A DNA stretch of 64,000 bases. It comes from Chloroflexota bacterium. GTDB lineage: Bacteria; Chloroflexota; UBA11872; VXOZ01. How positions within the stretch are numbered: position 1 is the stretch's first letter; each line of letters starts with the position of its first letter. Under the pieces are notes generated by a model that was not told where the DNA came from, searched no databases, and was given only the letters and a program-made list of their open reading frames with translations. This document shows positions 1 to 10,409 of the stretch, piece after piece. The translations under genes and the position numbers were made by a program. The stretch covers positions 32,001-96,000 of the forward strand of contig OZ219801.1 in the NCBI GenBank assembly GCA_964291655.2. Reading direction: 5' to 3'.

Positions 1-1281
1 GCCGAACCTACTGCGCGCGGAGGTGTGGCCACTACAATTGTTGGCCTTATATTGGCCCTCTTTGTCATGACGTGGTCATTCATTGCATCTCTGTTTCGAC
101 CTCGCAGCCAACCCGCTGCCCAGAGTTCTTCAGGTGTCCCCAGCGTTGCGATGCAGTCAACGATCACTACGCGAAATGCAGTGGAGGAAGCCCGCAGACA
201 GAGGATAAACCGAGTAGGTGCTGGCATAGTGGTTTTGCTGGTGCTGGCTCTGCTCGTCATAGGTGCCAATGCTCTGTTTGGCGGTGAAGAACAGACGGTT
301 AGCATAACCGAAGATGCACCGGCCCCGGCCCAAGAGCAGGAAACCGTCCAAGCGCCCCAAAGCGACGCCGGGACTGCGACAGCTAGCCCTGCGCCAATTG
401 AAACGGCCACCATAGCCTCGGCAACGCCGTCCGCCCCGGAATCAACTGGCTCGATAGTCGATGAACTTCAGGTGCTCGTCCGATTTGATTCTGCGGTGCA
501 ACCGGGCGAAATCTTCGGTTTGAATAATACAATGTATGTTCTCGATCGCGCTTCAGGTGCTGTGTACCGGGTCGGCACGGCAGGAAACAGCGAAGTTGTC
601 TATCAGCCCAACGTTGGTACTCTGTCAGGAAGTAACGCGCTACTCGTTACCGGAAGAGCGGACCTCATCCAGATTCTTGACAGCAGTTATCAGCTCTACC
701 AAGTCGTGAATGGCGAAGCTCCCCAAGTTGCGCAACTCTCAACCGGCTCGATTCTGGAGCCCAGGGCAAGCGCGACCTACGATCAAAACTTCTATTTGCT
801 AGACGCAGGCGCAAACGACGTATTGCGTTTCCGGCCTATTGGCAGCGGCGTCTACGGCGAGCCGGAAGGGTTCTTTGGGATCAACAGTGGAGTAGACTTG
901 TCGCAGGCAAGTGATCTCGCCATCGATGGTTCTGTCTTCATCTTGTTTAGTGACGGCACTATCAACCGCTACACATCCGGATCCCGGGCTGAGTTTTCCC
1001 TTGCGGCCCTGCCGTCGCCTCTGGGCACGCCGGGCGCGATCTTCATTAGCCAAGAAATGGGCTCACTCTACATCTTAGACGGAGACAACGATCGAGTTGT
1101 TCAGGTAACTACCGAAGGCGTTTATCAGCGTCAGATCCTTGCGCCAAACAGCCTCTTTGCCACTGCCATTGACTTGTTTGTCAATCGTGGTGAAACCTAT
1201 CTCTGGATTGTCGGCCCAACATCGGTAACGCGGATTCCGCTACCGGAACTTCCTGCAGATGCTCCCAGATCTGCTGCGTAG
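1..1281 (+). CDS. Membrane-anchored NHL/beta-propeller-like protein, probably 5'-truncated
   Basis: Frame open from base 1; hydrophobic TM segments, Ala/Pro/Thr linker, repeated blade motifs (YVLDR, FYLLDAG, LYILDG). Confidence 0.65.
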   Translation, partial: AEPTARGGVATTIVGLILALFVMTWSFIASLFRPRSQPAAQSSSGVPSVAMQSTITTRNAVEEARRQRINRVGAGIVVLLVLALLVIGANALFGGEEQTVSITEDAPAPAQEQETVQAPQSDAGTATASPAPIETATIASATPSAPESTGSIVDELQVLVRFDSAVQPGEIFGLNNTMYVLDRASGAVYRVGTAGNSEVVYQPNVGTLSGSNALLVTGRADLIQILDSSYQLYQVVNGEAPQVAQLSTGSILEPRASATYDQNFYLLDAGANDVLRFRPIGSGVYGEPEGFFGINSGVDLSQASDLAIDGSVFILFSDGTINRYTSGSRAEFSLAALPSPLGTPGAIFISQEMGSLYILDGDNDRVVQVTTEGVYQRQILAPNSLFATAIDLFVNRGETYLWIVGPTSVTRIPLPELPADAPRSAA

Positions 1282-1505
1282 GGCACGCACTTCAGCGTCG
1301 TGCTCGAGTTTTAGCGGCTGCTGACTTTACTCTTCACTCGCACTTCGTCCACTTTAACAGAATTTAGCTCGTCGGCGTCCGTGTACAAGCAGTCTTGCAG
1401 GATTCATGACCAGCAAGTCTTCTGGATGCAGGATAGGAGAGTTTGTGCGCCGGCACGTTGTACCATCCTGAAATTCCGGTAAGAACAGATAACGAGTATT
1501 TCACA

Positions 1506-2783
1506 GTGTTCTATGATGAAGCTCGCATTTTCGTAAAGGGTGGGAAGGGCGGCGACGGCATGGCCCACTTCCACCGCGAAAAATTTCAACCGCGCGGCGG
1601 GCCGGATGGCGGTGACGGAGGGCGCGGCGGCAGCGTCTACCTCACTGTCGACCCTAGTCTGAACAGTCTACTCTTCCTCCATCGCACTCGTCGCTTCATC
1701 GCTGAAGCGGGCCGGTCCGGCAGCACTAACCGGAAGCAGGGCGCTGCGGGCAAAGACATTCAAGCATGGGTTCCGCCTGGAACGGTCGTAACCGAGGCGG
1801 TTTCAGGTCAGGTCATTGCGGACTTGCGCAACGTCGATGACCGCGTCCTGGCGGCAAGGGGAGGTCGGGGCGGTCTGGGCAATGTGCACTTTGCGACGTC
1901 AACCCGCCAAGCACCGCAATTCGCCCAAAAAGGAGAACCGCCCGAAGAGCGCTGGCTCAACCTGGAATTGCAGCTTATCGCCGACGTTGGCATTGTGGGG
2001 CAGCCAAATGCCGGCAAGTCATCACTCCTCTCGCGGATAAGTGCCGCACGCCCCAAAGTTGCCGCATATCCATTCACCACGCTGCAACCTGAGCTTGGCG
2101 TGGTTCAACGGGGCAATGCGACGTTAGTGTTCGCCGACATCCCGGGCCTTATAGACGGGGCGCACAGCGGCGCCGGTCTGGGCCACACGTTTCTGCGCCA
2201 CATTCGGCGCACCCGCATGTTGCTGCACGTAGTGGACTGTGCTTCCTTGGAAGACCTGGACCCAGTGGCGGCCTTCCGGCAAATCAATGATGAGCTTTAC
2301 CAATTCGATCCCACACTGCTGGAAAGGCCCCAAGTCGTCGCTCTAAACAAACTCGATGTCACGGAAGCGCGGTCACGCTTTGATGCCGCCAAAGCGGCGA
2401 TTGAGTCTCTCGGTCACACGGTAGTTGGCATCTCAGCCGTGTCCGGCCAAGGGATCGATGAGCTGCTCGGCAGTGTCTTTCACACCTACAGTGAGACGCC
2501 TGCCGCCAAGTTGGAAGCCCCGTCAATTGCTGTATCCGAGATTGCAGTCCCGGTCTCTGACGATTTCGCAATTGCGCGTCGAGAAGATGCGCTTGTCGTT
2601 ACCGGCAAGGCAGCGGAACGCCTCGCCGCGATGTCCGACCTCTCCACCCTCGATGGCGTGCTCTACTTTCAGCAACGGCTCGACCGCATGGGAATCACCG
2701 CTGCGTTGGAGAAGGCCGGTGCGGGGGCCGGTACAATGGTGGTCATCGGCACGGTTGAATTGGAGTGGCAGGCGGAGCCGTAG
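1506..2783 (+). CDS. obgE: GTPase ObgE/CgtA
   Basis: FYDEARIFVKGGKGGDG, GGPDGGDGGRGG, G1 GQPNAGKS, YPFTT, DIPG, NKLD; C-terminal extension; GTG start at 1506 inferred from the usual family N-terminus. Confidence 0.95.
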   Translation: MFYDEARIFVKGGKGGDGMAHFHREKFQPRGGPDGGDGGRGGSVYLTVDPSLNSLLFLHRTRRFIAEAGRSGSTNRKQGAAGKDIQAWVPPGTVVTEAVSGQVIADLRNVDDRVLAARGGRGGLGNVHFATSTRQAPQFAQKGEPPEERWLNLELQLIADVGIVGQPNAGKSSLLSRISAARPKVAAYPFTTLQPELGVVQRGNATLVFADIPGLIDGAHSGAGLGHTFLRHIRRTRMLLHVVDCASLEDLDPVAAFRQINDELYQFDPTLLERPQVVALNKLDVTEARSRFDAAKAAIESLGHTVVGISAVSGQGIDELLGSVFHTYSETPAAKLEAPSIAVSEIAVPVSDDFAIARREDALVVTGKAAERLAAMSDLSTLDGVLYFQQRLDRMGITAALEKAGAGAGTMVVIGTVELEWQAEP

Positions 2784-3019
2784 TCTTTAGCTCTCCGCGG
2801 TAGTGACGTGCTTGATATGGGGGGAGCGCATCGGCAAGAAAGTCGTGGCTCAAGACTTCACGATGATCCTTCAACAGGCGAGTCGTACTCCCTTCGCCAC
2901 TATAATCTCTCCCAAGTGTTGAAGAAGTGCTCTGCGCCACTTACAATAGAAAGCTGACAACTTGCAACTTCGACAGTTGGACTGCCGAGTACGCATTAGG
3001 CAATGAGGAAGGATCACCA

Positions 3020-3406
3020 ATGCCAGATGACCTCGATAGAAGGAAAGTAGTAATCCTGGAAGACGATCCTGAATTGATCGAACAGATTCAGCGCCGACTT
3101 CAGGACTACGGGTACTTCTCAATTCTCGTGCGACGGACGCGGGACATCATAAAGTTTCTCAAGGCAGAGAAACCGCAGACCATGATTATGGATGTCGCTC
3201 TTCCAGATGTGGACGGTATCGCGCTGCTGCAGGAAATCAAGGCGGACTGGGAAGCCAAGAAGACGCATGTCATTGTGATGTCGAACTACTCGACGCGGGT
3301 AAACTATAAGGTCCGCGATGATGTAGCTGACATCTTTCAGAAGCCCTTTGACGTTGAGTCGCTTTTGGAGTCCGTGCACCGTGTAGCAGCTATGGATAAC
3401 AAGTAG
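3020..3406 (+). CDS. Single-domain response regulator (receiver)
   Basis: VVILEDD, phospho-acceptor in MIMDVALPDVDG, QKPF; purine-rich RBS before ATG 3020. Confidence 0.88.
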   Translation: MPDDLDRRKVVILEDDPELIEQIQRRLQDYGYFSILVRRTRDIIKFLKAEKPQTMIMDVALPDVDGIALLQEIKADWEAKKTHVIVMSNYSTRVNYKVRDDVADIFQKPFDVESLLESVHRVAAMDNK

Positions 3407-3528
3407 CCGACCTGAGGCGCTTGGGCTTACTTGCATCATCGATTCTTGGGCGTCATGGCTTTGGGTGTCTTGCACTTAGCCAAGGCGCTCTTGCATTTAG
3501 TCGTAGCATCCAAACCTTGAAGGGCGTT

Positions 3529-4512
3529 CTAAGCGGTCAGTAGCCGATTTATGGCTTCAGACTCATTGCCCCGCGAGCGGAGGAATTCAGCTACACGCTG
3601 CCGCCGCGGTGCACCGTCTATCGGTCCGGTCACGGTTACAGACAAGGCTCCCGCCGCATTTGCCCAAAGCGCAGCCAGCTCAAACGGCGCGCCTTGTTGC
3701 AACGCCCAGAGAAACGCGGCATCGAAGGTATCGCCGGCTCCCGTCGCGTCAACTTCCTCAACCGGAAATGATGGTACCGAGAAAGTACTCTCTTTACTGA
3801 ATACTGAGCAACCGGCTGCACCTTGCTTGAGCACCACGGCTTCATTGTGGGGAGCATTGCGCAAGATTGCACACGCGGCTTCCGAGGAATTCGCGCCCGT
3901 GATCAAACGGGCCTCCTCGCCACTCGGGAAGACGATGCTTGCCACGTCTACAATAGGACCGACCAGCGCGCGTATCTCCGCCGGGTCGGCGAGTTCCGCG
4001 CGTATATTTGGGTCTAGGCTCACACGTCCACCGGACTCCCTGACCAATCGCGCCACCAAGATACAGTACTTCCACCAGGCGTCATTCATTGCCAGACATG
4101 AACCGTTAATGTGCACCCAGGCAACCTGACTCAAGGTATCTGTGCTCGGCAACGGCGGCGGCAAGCCTGCCGCGCCGTTTCGCATGTGAAAGAAGAATGA
4201 CCGCGTCCCGTCGGGATGATTGACCACGAAAGAAGCAGCGGTCGGCAATGCTTTGGTCGCGGCCATGCCATCGCGGTCCACGTCTTCTCTGGCCAGGAAA
4301 TCCATGATCGCCTCGCCGAAGGCATCGTCGCCAACCGTACCCAGGAATGCGCTCTGCCCACCAAGACGGGCAACCGCCGTAGCAAAAATGAGTGGCGCGC
4401 CACTTGCAAATGGTCCGCGATAGGCGCCTTCCTCCGTCAGAGGCGCATGTTCGCCTATCTGGACAAACTCGGCGAGCGCTTCGCCCATGCTTAGAATTAC
4501 GGTCCGTTCCAT
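3529..4512 (-). CDS. PfkB family carbohydrate kinase
   Basis: GTVGDDAFG, DPNIR, VDATGAGDTF signature. Confidence 0.9.
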   Translation of the reverse strand: MERTVILSMGEALAEFVQIGEHAPLTEEGAYRGPFASGAPLIFATAVARLGGQSAFLGTVGDDAFGEAIMDFLAREDVDRDGMAATKALPTAASFVVNHPDGTRSFFFHMRNGAAGLPPPLPSTDTLSQVAWVHINGSCLAMNDAWWKYCILVARLVRESGGRVSLDPNIRAELADPAEIRALVGPIVDVASIVFPSGEEARLITGANSSEAACAILRNAPHNEAVVLKQGAAGCSVFSKESTFSVPSFPVEEVDATGAGDTFDAAFLWALQQGAPFELAALWANAAGALSVTVTGPIDGAPRRQRVAEFLRSRGNESEAINRLLTA

Positions 4513-4584
4513 TGCCCACCTTCACAGGCTACTGCTTGACCACATTCTGCACAGTATACTGGCAATCGATGGGAGTTAACTCAA

Positions 4585-5181
4585 GTGACAGAGAACAATC
4601 GTCTTCCTGCCAGCTCTCGAGCCAAAGTAGCCCGTCAATTCTGGCAAGGACCTGTGTTGGAGAAAGCGCAAAGTGCCTTGGGAATGGTGCTTGTGCGGCA
4701 AGACAAAGGCAATGCGATGCGCGGCAGAATAGTGGAAGTAGAGGCCTACGGCGGCAGCGATGATCCCGCCAGCCACGCCTATCGCCGCAGAACGCCTCGC
4801 AATGCGTCTATGTTCGGTCCTGGAGGCGTTGCATACGTTTACTTCGTCTACGGCATGCACTTCTGTTTCAACATCGTGACAGGAAGAGAGAACGAGGCCG
4901 CAGCAATACTCGTGCGCGCCTTAGAGCCGCTAGATAACCTACACGTCCGCACCGATGGCCCGGCACGCCTTTGCGCTGCTCTCAATATCGATCGGCGGCT
5001 CAACGGCATTGCGTTAGAGGGCGATACCCTCTGGCTGGAACCGGGCGACTCGCCATTGCCAGCGCATCAGATCGCATGTTCCCCGCGCATCGGCATAAAT
5101 CCGGCTTCGCTTGGCGCTGAACGGCCGTGGCGATTCTTCGTCAGGGACAACCCAAACGTATCAAAGCCACTTCGCCGTTAA
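4585..5181 (+). CDS. DNA-3-methyladenine glycosylase (MPG/AAG family)
   Basis: GRIVEVEAY, DPASH, YVYFVYGMHFCFN, LVRALEP, GPARLC, PRIGI, PWRF. Confidence 0.92.
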   Translation: MTENNRLPASSRAKVARQFWQGPVLEKAQSALGMVLVRQDKGNAMRGRIVEVEAYGGSDDPASHAYRRRTPRNASMFGPGGVAYVYFVYGMHFCFNIVTGRENEAAAILVRALEPLDNLHVRTDGPARLCAALNIDRRLNGIALEGDTLWLEPGDSPLPAHQIACSPRIGINPASLGAERPWRFFVRDNPNVSKPLRR

Positions 5182-5367
5182 CCCCTCTGCACCGAATCAC
5201 ACATGCCTGTGAAAGCTTGCTTGCGTGCTTCCGCATGCGGTTGATCCCTGTCGCACACCGTTATCCGCACCTATCTCTCGCGCTTGCGCCATGTGCCGTT
5301 CACCCCTACAATACGGCACTAGTGCAAGGAATTGAAGTAACTAATCAATAGTCCACGGGAGCGAGGA

Positions 5368-6417
5368 ATGCCGACTTACCGCGTTGGAATCGTTGGGTGC
5401 GGGGCGCGGTCGACCGCGCATGCCGCAGGTTGGGTAGCGAACGAGAGCGCCACTATCGCGGCGGTTGCCGACCCCATTCAGGAGCGGCGTGATGACCTGG
5501 GAGACAAGCACGGTGTATCGCCGGAGCACCGCTATCAGGACTTTTCGGATATGCTGGCGGATGCCGAGCTTGACTTCATCTCACTGTCTACGAAGCCCGA
5601 GCTCAGAGAGCCGGCAATCATCGCGGCGGTCGAAGCTAACATCAGGGGCATCTTGTGCGAGAAGCCCATGGCGCTCAGCTTAGGTGAAGCACACCGTATC
5701 CACAGCGTTTGCGCTGAGAACGGTATCCCATTGGTCATCAACCATCAGAAGCGCCACCTCACAGAGTGGCAGCGTCTCGCCGCCATGTGCGCGAACGGCG
5801 AACTCGGCGCCATTGAGCGCATCGAGGCATCGTCTTTCGGAAATCTAGCCAGCCAAGGTACGCACGTGCTGGATATGGTCCTGCAGTTTGGCGGCGACGT
5901 GCAGCCGGTGTGGGCTATTGGGCAGAGCGTCGGCTGGCGGGACTACGCGGGAGCGCACGCCGGACCCCGATTTACCCTGGGACAGTACCGCTTCCCCAAC
6001 GACATAACGGCCTATGTGCAAATGGGCGATGAAGCCCCGCAATTGTTGGGGCGCGAGGACTCATGGATGCGCCTGCAACTCCGTGTGTGGGGCACGGAGG
6101 GCCGCGGTCAGGTGGATCTTCCCAATGGCACCCGCGTCTGGCGGAAGGGAGAAACTGAGCCAACCAGTTGGCCGGAAAGCTGGACCGACCCGGAGAATCT
6201 CGCCAGCGCCCAAGCAGGACTCTCGCAGTCAGTCATTCAGGCCGCGGAAGACCCCAGCTACGACCCGCCCGCAGGCGGCATCCGCCCACTCTACAGCTTC
6301 GAGATGATTGAAGCGCTCTGCGCCTCAACGCTGACAAGGGAGGTCGTATCGTGGCCGCTGCCGGCATGGGATCACTCGCCTATGCAGTCGCTGAAGCCGG
6401 GAGGCGTTCATGTTTGA
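5368..6417 (+). CDS. Gfo/Idh/MocA family oxidoreductase
   Basis: VGIVGCG Rossmann motif, CEKPMA. Confidence 0.88.
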   Translation: MPTYRVGIVGCGARSTAHAAGWVANESATIAAVADPIQERRDDLGDKHGVSPEHRYQDFSDMLADAELDFISLSTKPELREPAIIAAVEANIRGILCEKPMALSLGEAHRIHSVCAENGIPLVINHQKRHLTEWQRLAAMCANGELGAIERIEASSFGNLASQGTHVLDMVLQFGGDVQPVWAIGQSVGWRDYAGAHAGPRFTLGQYRFPNDITAYVQMGDEAPQLLGREDSWMRLQLRVWGTEGRGQVDLPNGTRVWRKGETEPTSWPESWTDPENLASAQAGLSQSVIQAAEDPSYDPPAGGIRPLYSFEMIEALCASTLTREVVSWPLPAWDHSPMQSLKPGGVHV

Positions 6418-7207
6418 GTACTTTGCATCCAGTGTCGCCTTTTCGGAGTTGAGCTTCGCAGAAGCGTGTGCTGCGTTGCGCACAACGGGCGTCAACGAGG
6501 TCGACATTTGGTCTGTCTTGAATCGGTGCACTCACCTGCCTCCGCAAGACAAACATCCCGATTTGAACGGCATAAAGCGCACACTTGCCGAACACCAGCT
6601 CACGTGTCGGGTGATTTCGGCTTACGGCAAAGGCTCTGACGAGATGGTCATGGCCAGGCTTGACCATCTGGTGGCTCTCGGTGGGAAGGTGCTGGTGCGA
6701 GGCAGTGGGCCGGAAGATCAATCGGTGGCTGAATTCGCCCAATCCTTCATGCCATTCGTGCGACGCGCCGAGGAGCTAGGGGTGCAGATTGGCATTGAAA
6801 ACCATCGCGGGTCCACAATCAATTCCATCGCCTCTATGCGGGAACTCATGGCACGCATAGAGAGCCCCGCACTTGGCATTGCGTTCGCCCCCATCCACGT
6901 CCACATGGCCCAGGAGAGTATCCCGGAGGCTATTCACGCGGTCGCCGGACGTATTGCGCACTGCTATGCGTGGGACTGGGGCCCAACGGCCGATGAATTC
7001 CAAAAGGATACACAAGAACAGTTGCCCGGTACCGGCGTTATTGACTTTCATGCCATGTTCCGTGCGCTGCATGACACTGGCTATCAAGGCCCGCTTTGCA
7101 TCTTTGCGAACGGATTGGAGCTCGAACGCACGTCGGATGCCATCATCGCGTTGCAGTCCGGCAGGTCGTATTGCCAGCAAGTGGAACGCGATCTCGGCCT
7201 GACGTAG
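6410..7207 (+). CDS. Sugar phosphate isomerase/epimerase (xylose-isomerase-like TIM barrel)
   Basis: IGIENH, PGTGVIDF..MFRAL...GYQG; overlaps upstream stop. Confidence 0.78.
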   Translation: MFEYFASSVAFSELSFAEACAALRTTGVNEVDIWSVLNRCTHLPPQDKHPDLNGIKRTLAEHQLTCRVISAYGKGSDEMVMARLDHLVALGGKVLVRGSGPEDQSVAEFAQSFMPFVRRAEELGVQIGIENHRGSTINSIASMRELMARIESPALGIAFAPIHVHMAQESIPEAIHAVAGRIAHCYAWDWGPTADEFQKDTQEQLPGTGVIDFHAMFRALHDTGYQGPLCIFANGLELERTSDAIIALQSGRSYCQQVERDLGLT

Positions 7208-7309
7208 CCGAGCACGCTCAGGCTACTCGTCAGTGCGGCCAAGCCAACCAGTTCACTCGTCGCTGATTGCAATCCTTACTGCGTTTGGAGAAATCTGACA
7301 AGCTTTCAG

Positions 7310-7339
7310 CCGTTCGTGCTGAGCCTGTCGAAGCACGAG
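7310..7339. repeat. Short palindromic repeat, CTGAGC(C/T)TGTCGAAG family
   Basis: CCGTTCGTGCTGAGCCTGTCGAAGCACGAG; TCGTGCT/AGCACGA stem; related copies at 23142-23270. Confidence 0.75.
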
Positions 7340-7497
7340 GGGTGTGGTGAACTCTTGGTGGACGGAGAAAAGATCTCCGACTATCGGTATTGCAAAATAG
7401 CAAGGACTTGCCGCCAGATGGCTTGTCCGCAGGTTATGGACATGCAGTTGGCGACGGATAGAACCGCTGACCCCGTTTCCCGTGCCCCTGGCTGCCC

Positions 7498-8532
7498 TCA
7501 ACGAAGCTCAAGGCTTATCCCGAGTTCCGCCGCTGTTTCCTTCATCGGCTCCCAGACGATGCGCGGCAGTACATGGGTGCCGCGAGCGCGTGCTTCGCGC
7601 TCTAAGCGTCCTGCACGCTCGCCGGGGTAGAAGATTTCGTCCACACCGGGCCGGCGCGGCGAGGCCTTGATTCTACTGATATACTCCGTTACCCGCCGCG
7701 CAAAATCGGGGTGCGCCATGAATAGACTGGGATCCATCACCAAGAGAAAGTGGCCCACCTTACCACTCTCGCCGCTGTCGGGTCCATAGTCATTGCCGCT
7801 GAGAACGCCTGCTATGAGTTCCGATACCATCGCCAAGCCGTAGCCTTTATGGTCGCCAAGCGGTAATAGCGATCCAATCAGCGCTTCCTGAGCATCAGTG
7901 GTCGGATTGCCGTCTTTATCCAGTGCCCAGCCCTCGGGCAGGGGCGCATTCTCTGCCGCGTGCATGCGTACTTTGGCAAACGATGCCGAAGGTGCAATAT
8001 CGAGCACCATTGGGTCCTGATCGCCAACGGGCACCCCGAACGCCCAGGGATTGTTGCCAAGCATGCGACCCATCCCGCCGGTAACCGGCATCACTGCCTC
8101 GGCTACGGAGGTGCAGATGGCAATGAATCCTTGGCGTGCTGCCCGCAGAACGTAGTGCGCCGGAATGAAGAGATGGCTCGAGTTGTGGACCCCCGCAATA
8201 CCGACGCCGCTCGTTCCCGCCTTGATGAGACAGCGTTCAAGTGCGCGGGTGCAGGCTATGCCACCGAAGCCGTAATCGGCATCTACCAACACACTAATCG
8301 GAGACTCCCGGAGCATGCGGACCTTGGGTTTAGGCTTGATCGTGCCCGCCTTGACCCTGGGACTATAGTAAGCGACGAGCCGTACCCCATGACTGGCATG
8401 ACCGCGCAATTCCGCTTCCACCAGAATGCCCGCCAACAACTGCGCGTTGCTCCTGGTCACCCCGAGAGCCGCAAACGCTTCGGCACAAAACGTCTCCAGG
8501 TCTTCAATTGCGATGGTACGCTCATTATCCAT
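7498..8532 (-). CDS. Ldh_2 family (malate/L-lactate/ureidoglycolate) dehydrogenase
   Basis: ELRGHASHGV, NSSH, GNNP, LPEGWALDKDGNPTTD, GDHKGYGL, YPGE. Confidence 0.9.
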   Translation of the reverse strand: MDNERTIAIEDLETFCAEAFAALGVTRSNAQLLAGILVEAELRGHASHGVRLVAYYSPRVKAGTIKPKPKVRMLRESPISVLVDADYGFGGIACTRALERCLIKAGTSGVGIAGVHNSSHLFIPAHYVLRAARQGFIAICTSVAEAVMPVTGGMGRMLGNNPWAFGVPVGDQDPMVLDIAPSASFAKVRMHAAENAPLPEGWALDKDGNPTTDAQEALIGSLLPLGDHKGYGLAMVSELIAGVLSGNDYGPDSGESGKVGHFLLVMDPSLFMAHPDFARRVTEYISRIKASPRRPGVDEIFYPGERAGRLEREARARGTHVLPRIVWEPMKETAAELGISLELR

Positions 8533-8704
8533 TGTTCTGTCCTTGTTCAGTTTTTGTCATCGGCCCTGCGAGAATAGCCTGTCCGACGGCGTGCTGCAGC
8601 TAGGTGGCTTGTTTTGCGCAGAAGCCCACTTTCTCTACTGCATCGATTAATTGTCCCTCATTTCTCGACAACCCAATCCTAACAGCAGAAACGCAGAGGC
8701 ATAG

Positions 8705-9463
8705 CTACGAGGTCATGAGGATGCCGCCGTCTACGTTCATAACCTGTCCCGTAATGTACGAACTTTGGTCTGAGCACAAGAATGCCGCAACCTGTGCAAT
8801 GTCATCGACCGAGCCGATGCGATCTAAAGGAATTTGCGGCAGGATCTTCCGTTTCCAGGAATCCGGAAAGGGTGTCGGCTTGGAATCGATCATCCCGGGC
8901 GCGATACAATTCACCCGAATGTGCGGTGCCCACTCAAGCGCCAGATGCCTTGTGAGCATCACCAGGCCGGCCTTGGCGGCAGCATAGTGAGCGCCGGTCG
9001 CATAGGCCGGATGCGGGCTAATGCCTCCGCCCGAAGCGATGTTTAGGATCACGCCGCCCTCATGCGACCGCATCACACGGGCAGCCAACTGGCAAAGGAG
9101 GAAAGGGCTCTGGAGATTGATCATCTGTACCCGCTGCCAGTCGTCCGGCGAAATCTGCAGCGCCGGCGTGCTGCTGAATACCCCCGCGTTGTTGACCAAA
9201 ACGTCCACGGTGCCAAACGCGTCGAGGGCCGCCGCTATAATGGTCTGCGCGGCAGTTTCATCTTGCAGGTCCGCCTGAACCGTCGATGCCCTTACGCCGT
9301 GCGTTTCAATCTCATGGCAAACCTCATCCACATACTCAGAGGCAGCGTTGTAGTGCAAAACGATGTTTGCGCCGCTCCGGGCGAGAGCGAGGGCTATGCC
9401 CTTGCCGATGCCGCGCGCCGCACCGGTTACAACAGCCACCTTGCCACCCAAGGCCTGCGTCAT
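8705..9463 (-). CDS. SDR family oxidoreductase (FabG-like)
   Basis: TGAARGIG, NNAG, YAAAK, YITGQ..VDGG. Confidence 0.92.
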   Translation of the reverse strand: MTQALGGKVAVVTGAARGIGKGIALALARSGANIVLHYNAASEYVDEVCHEIETHGVRASTVQADLQDETAAQTIIAAALDAFGTVDVLVNNAGVFSSTPALQISPDDWQRVQMINLQSPFLLCQLAARVMRSHEGGVILNIASGGGISPHPAYATGAHYAAAKAGLVMLTRHLALEWAPHIRVNCIAPGMIDSKPTPFPDSWKRKILPQIPLDRIGSVDDIAQVAAFLCSDQSSYITGQVMNVDGGILMTS

Positions 9464-9567
9464 TCCTGCAATTGCTCCTTACCCGCACCCTTGCCGGACT
9501 ACCCGCCTGAGACTTCTGCTAATCTAGACTCTACTATTGTGCGTTTCTCATCAAAGGAGAACACCTT

Positions 9568-10359
9568 GTGCTTCTTGCTGTATCGGAAAACATGATACCC
9601 GGTGCTGGCTATGGCGAAAAACTCCCCTTTCTGCGCGATCACGGGTATGACGGGATCGAGCTATTTCCCGAGACCGCCGCGCAGGAGGCCGCTGAACTCA
9701 AACAAGCAATGGCGGAAACAGGCATTCTCGCGCCAAGCATGCGTGGCAGGACGCGGGACTTGCTTTCCGCGGACGTAGCTGAACGCCAAGCCCAAGTCGA
9801 GAGGTTGAAGAAGGTATGTGCCTTGGCCGAAGACTGCGGCGTTCGCGTCGTAGTGATTGTACCAGTCTTTGGTGGGCCGAAACTGCCAGACCTAGCGCCC
9901 TGGAGATCCGCAATTGAGTTGGAAGATGCCCTGTTCGATACCATCCTCCCCACCATCGGAGATATTGCGGCGAATCATGGCGTAACCCTGGTCATGGAGC
10001 CCTTAAATCGCTATGAGACCCACTTCCTCAATACGCTGGCGCAAGGGGCGGCGATTTGCCAACGCACAAACCATCTACATGTTCGTATCATGGCGGACTT
10101 CTTTCACATGCACATTGAAGAAGGAGATATTGCAGCAAGCCTCGCCGAAGATCTAGCATATGTACGCCACGTACACTTAGCCGACAGCAACCGCGACCTT
10201 CCTGGTTGCGGTCACACGGACTTTGCACCTGCGTTTCGCGTACTCAAGCATGCAGGGTTTGACGGTGCGTTTGCCTTGGAGTGTCCACGCAGGGGATACG
10301 CGGGCTTCGGTTTCAAGGAAAGCGCCGACTACGTGCGCAGAATCTGGCAAGAGGCCTAA
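9568..10359 (+). CDS. Sugar phosphate isomerase/epimerase (D-tagatose 3-epimerase-like TIM barrel)
   Basis: EPLNRYE, DFFHM, HVHLADSNR, PGCGHTDF. Confidence 0.88.
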   Translation: MLLAVSENMIPGAGYGEKLPFLRDHGYDGIELFPETAAQEAAELKQAMAETGILAPSMRGRTRDLLSADVAERQAQVERLKKVCALAEDCGVRVVVIVPVFGGPKLPDLAPWRSAIELEDALFDTILPTIGDIAANHGVTLVMEPLNRYETHFLNTLAQGAAICQRTNHLHVRIMADFFHMHIEEGDIAASLAEDLAYVRHVHLADSNRDLPGCGHTDFAPAFRVLKHAGFDGAFALECPRRGYAGFGFKESADYVRRIWQEA

Positions 10360-10409
10360 GTCGATCGCTGGTGGGTAGCTGCGGACTTGCCCTGATGATC
10401 GTAGCGCGA

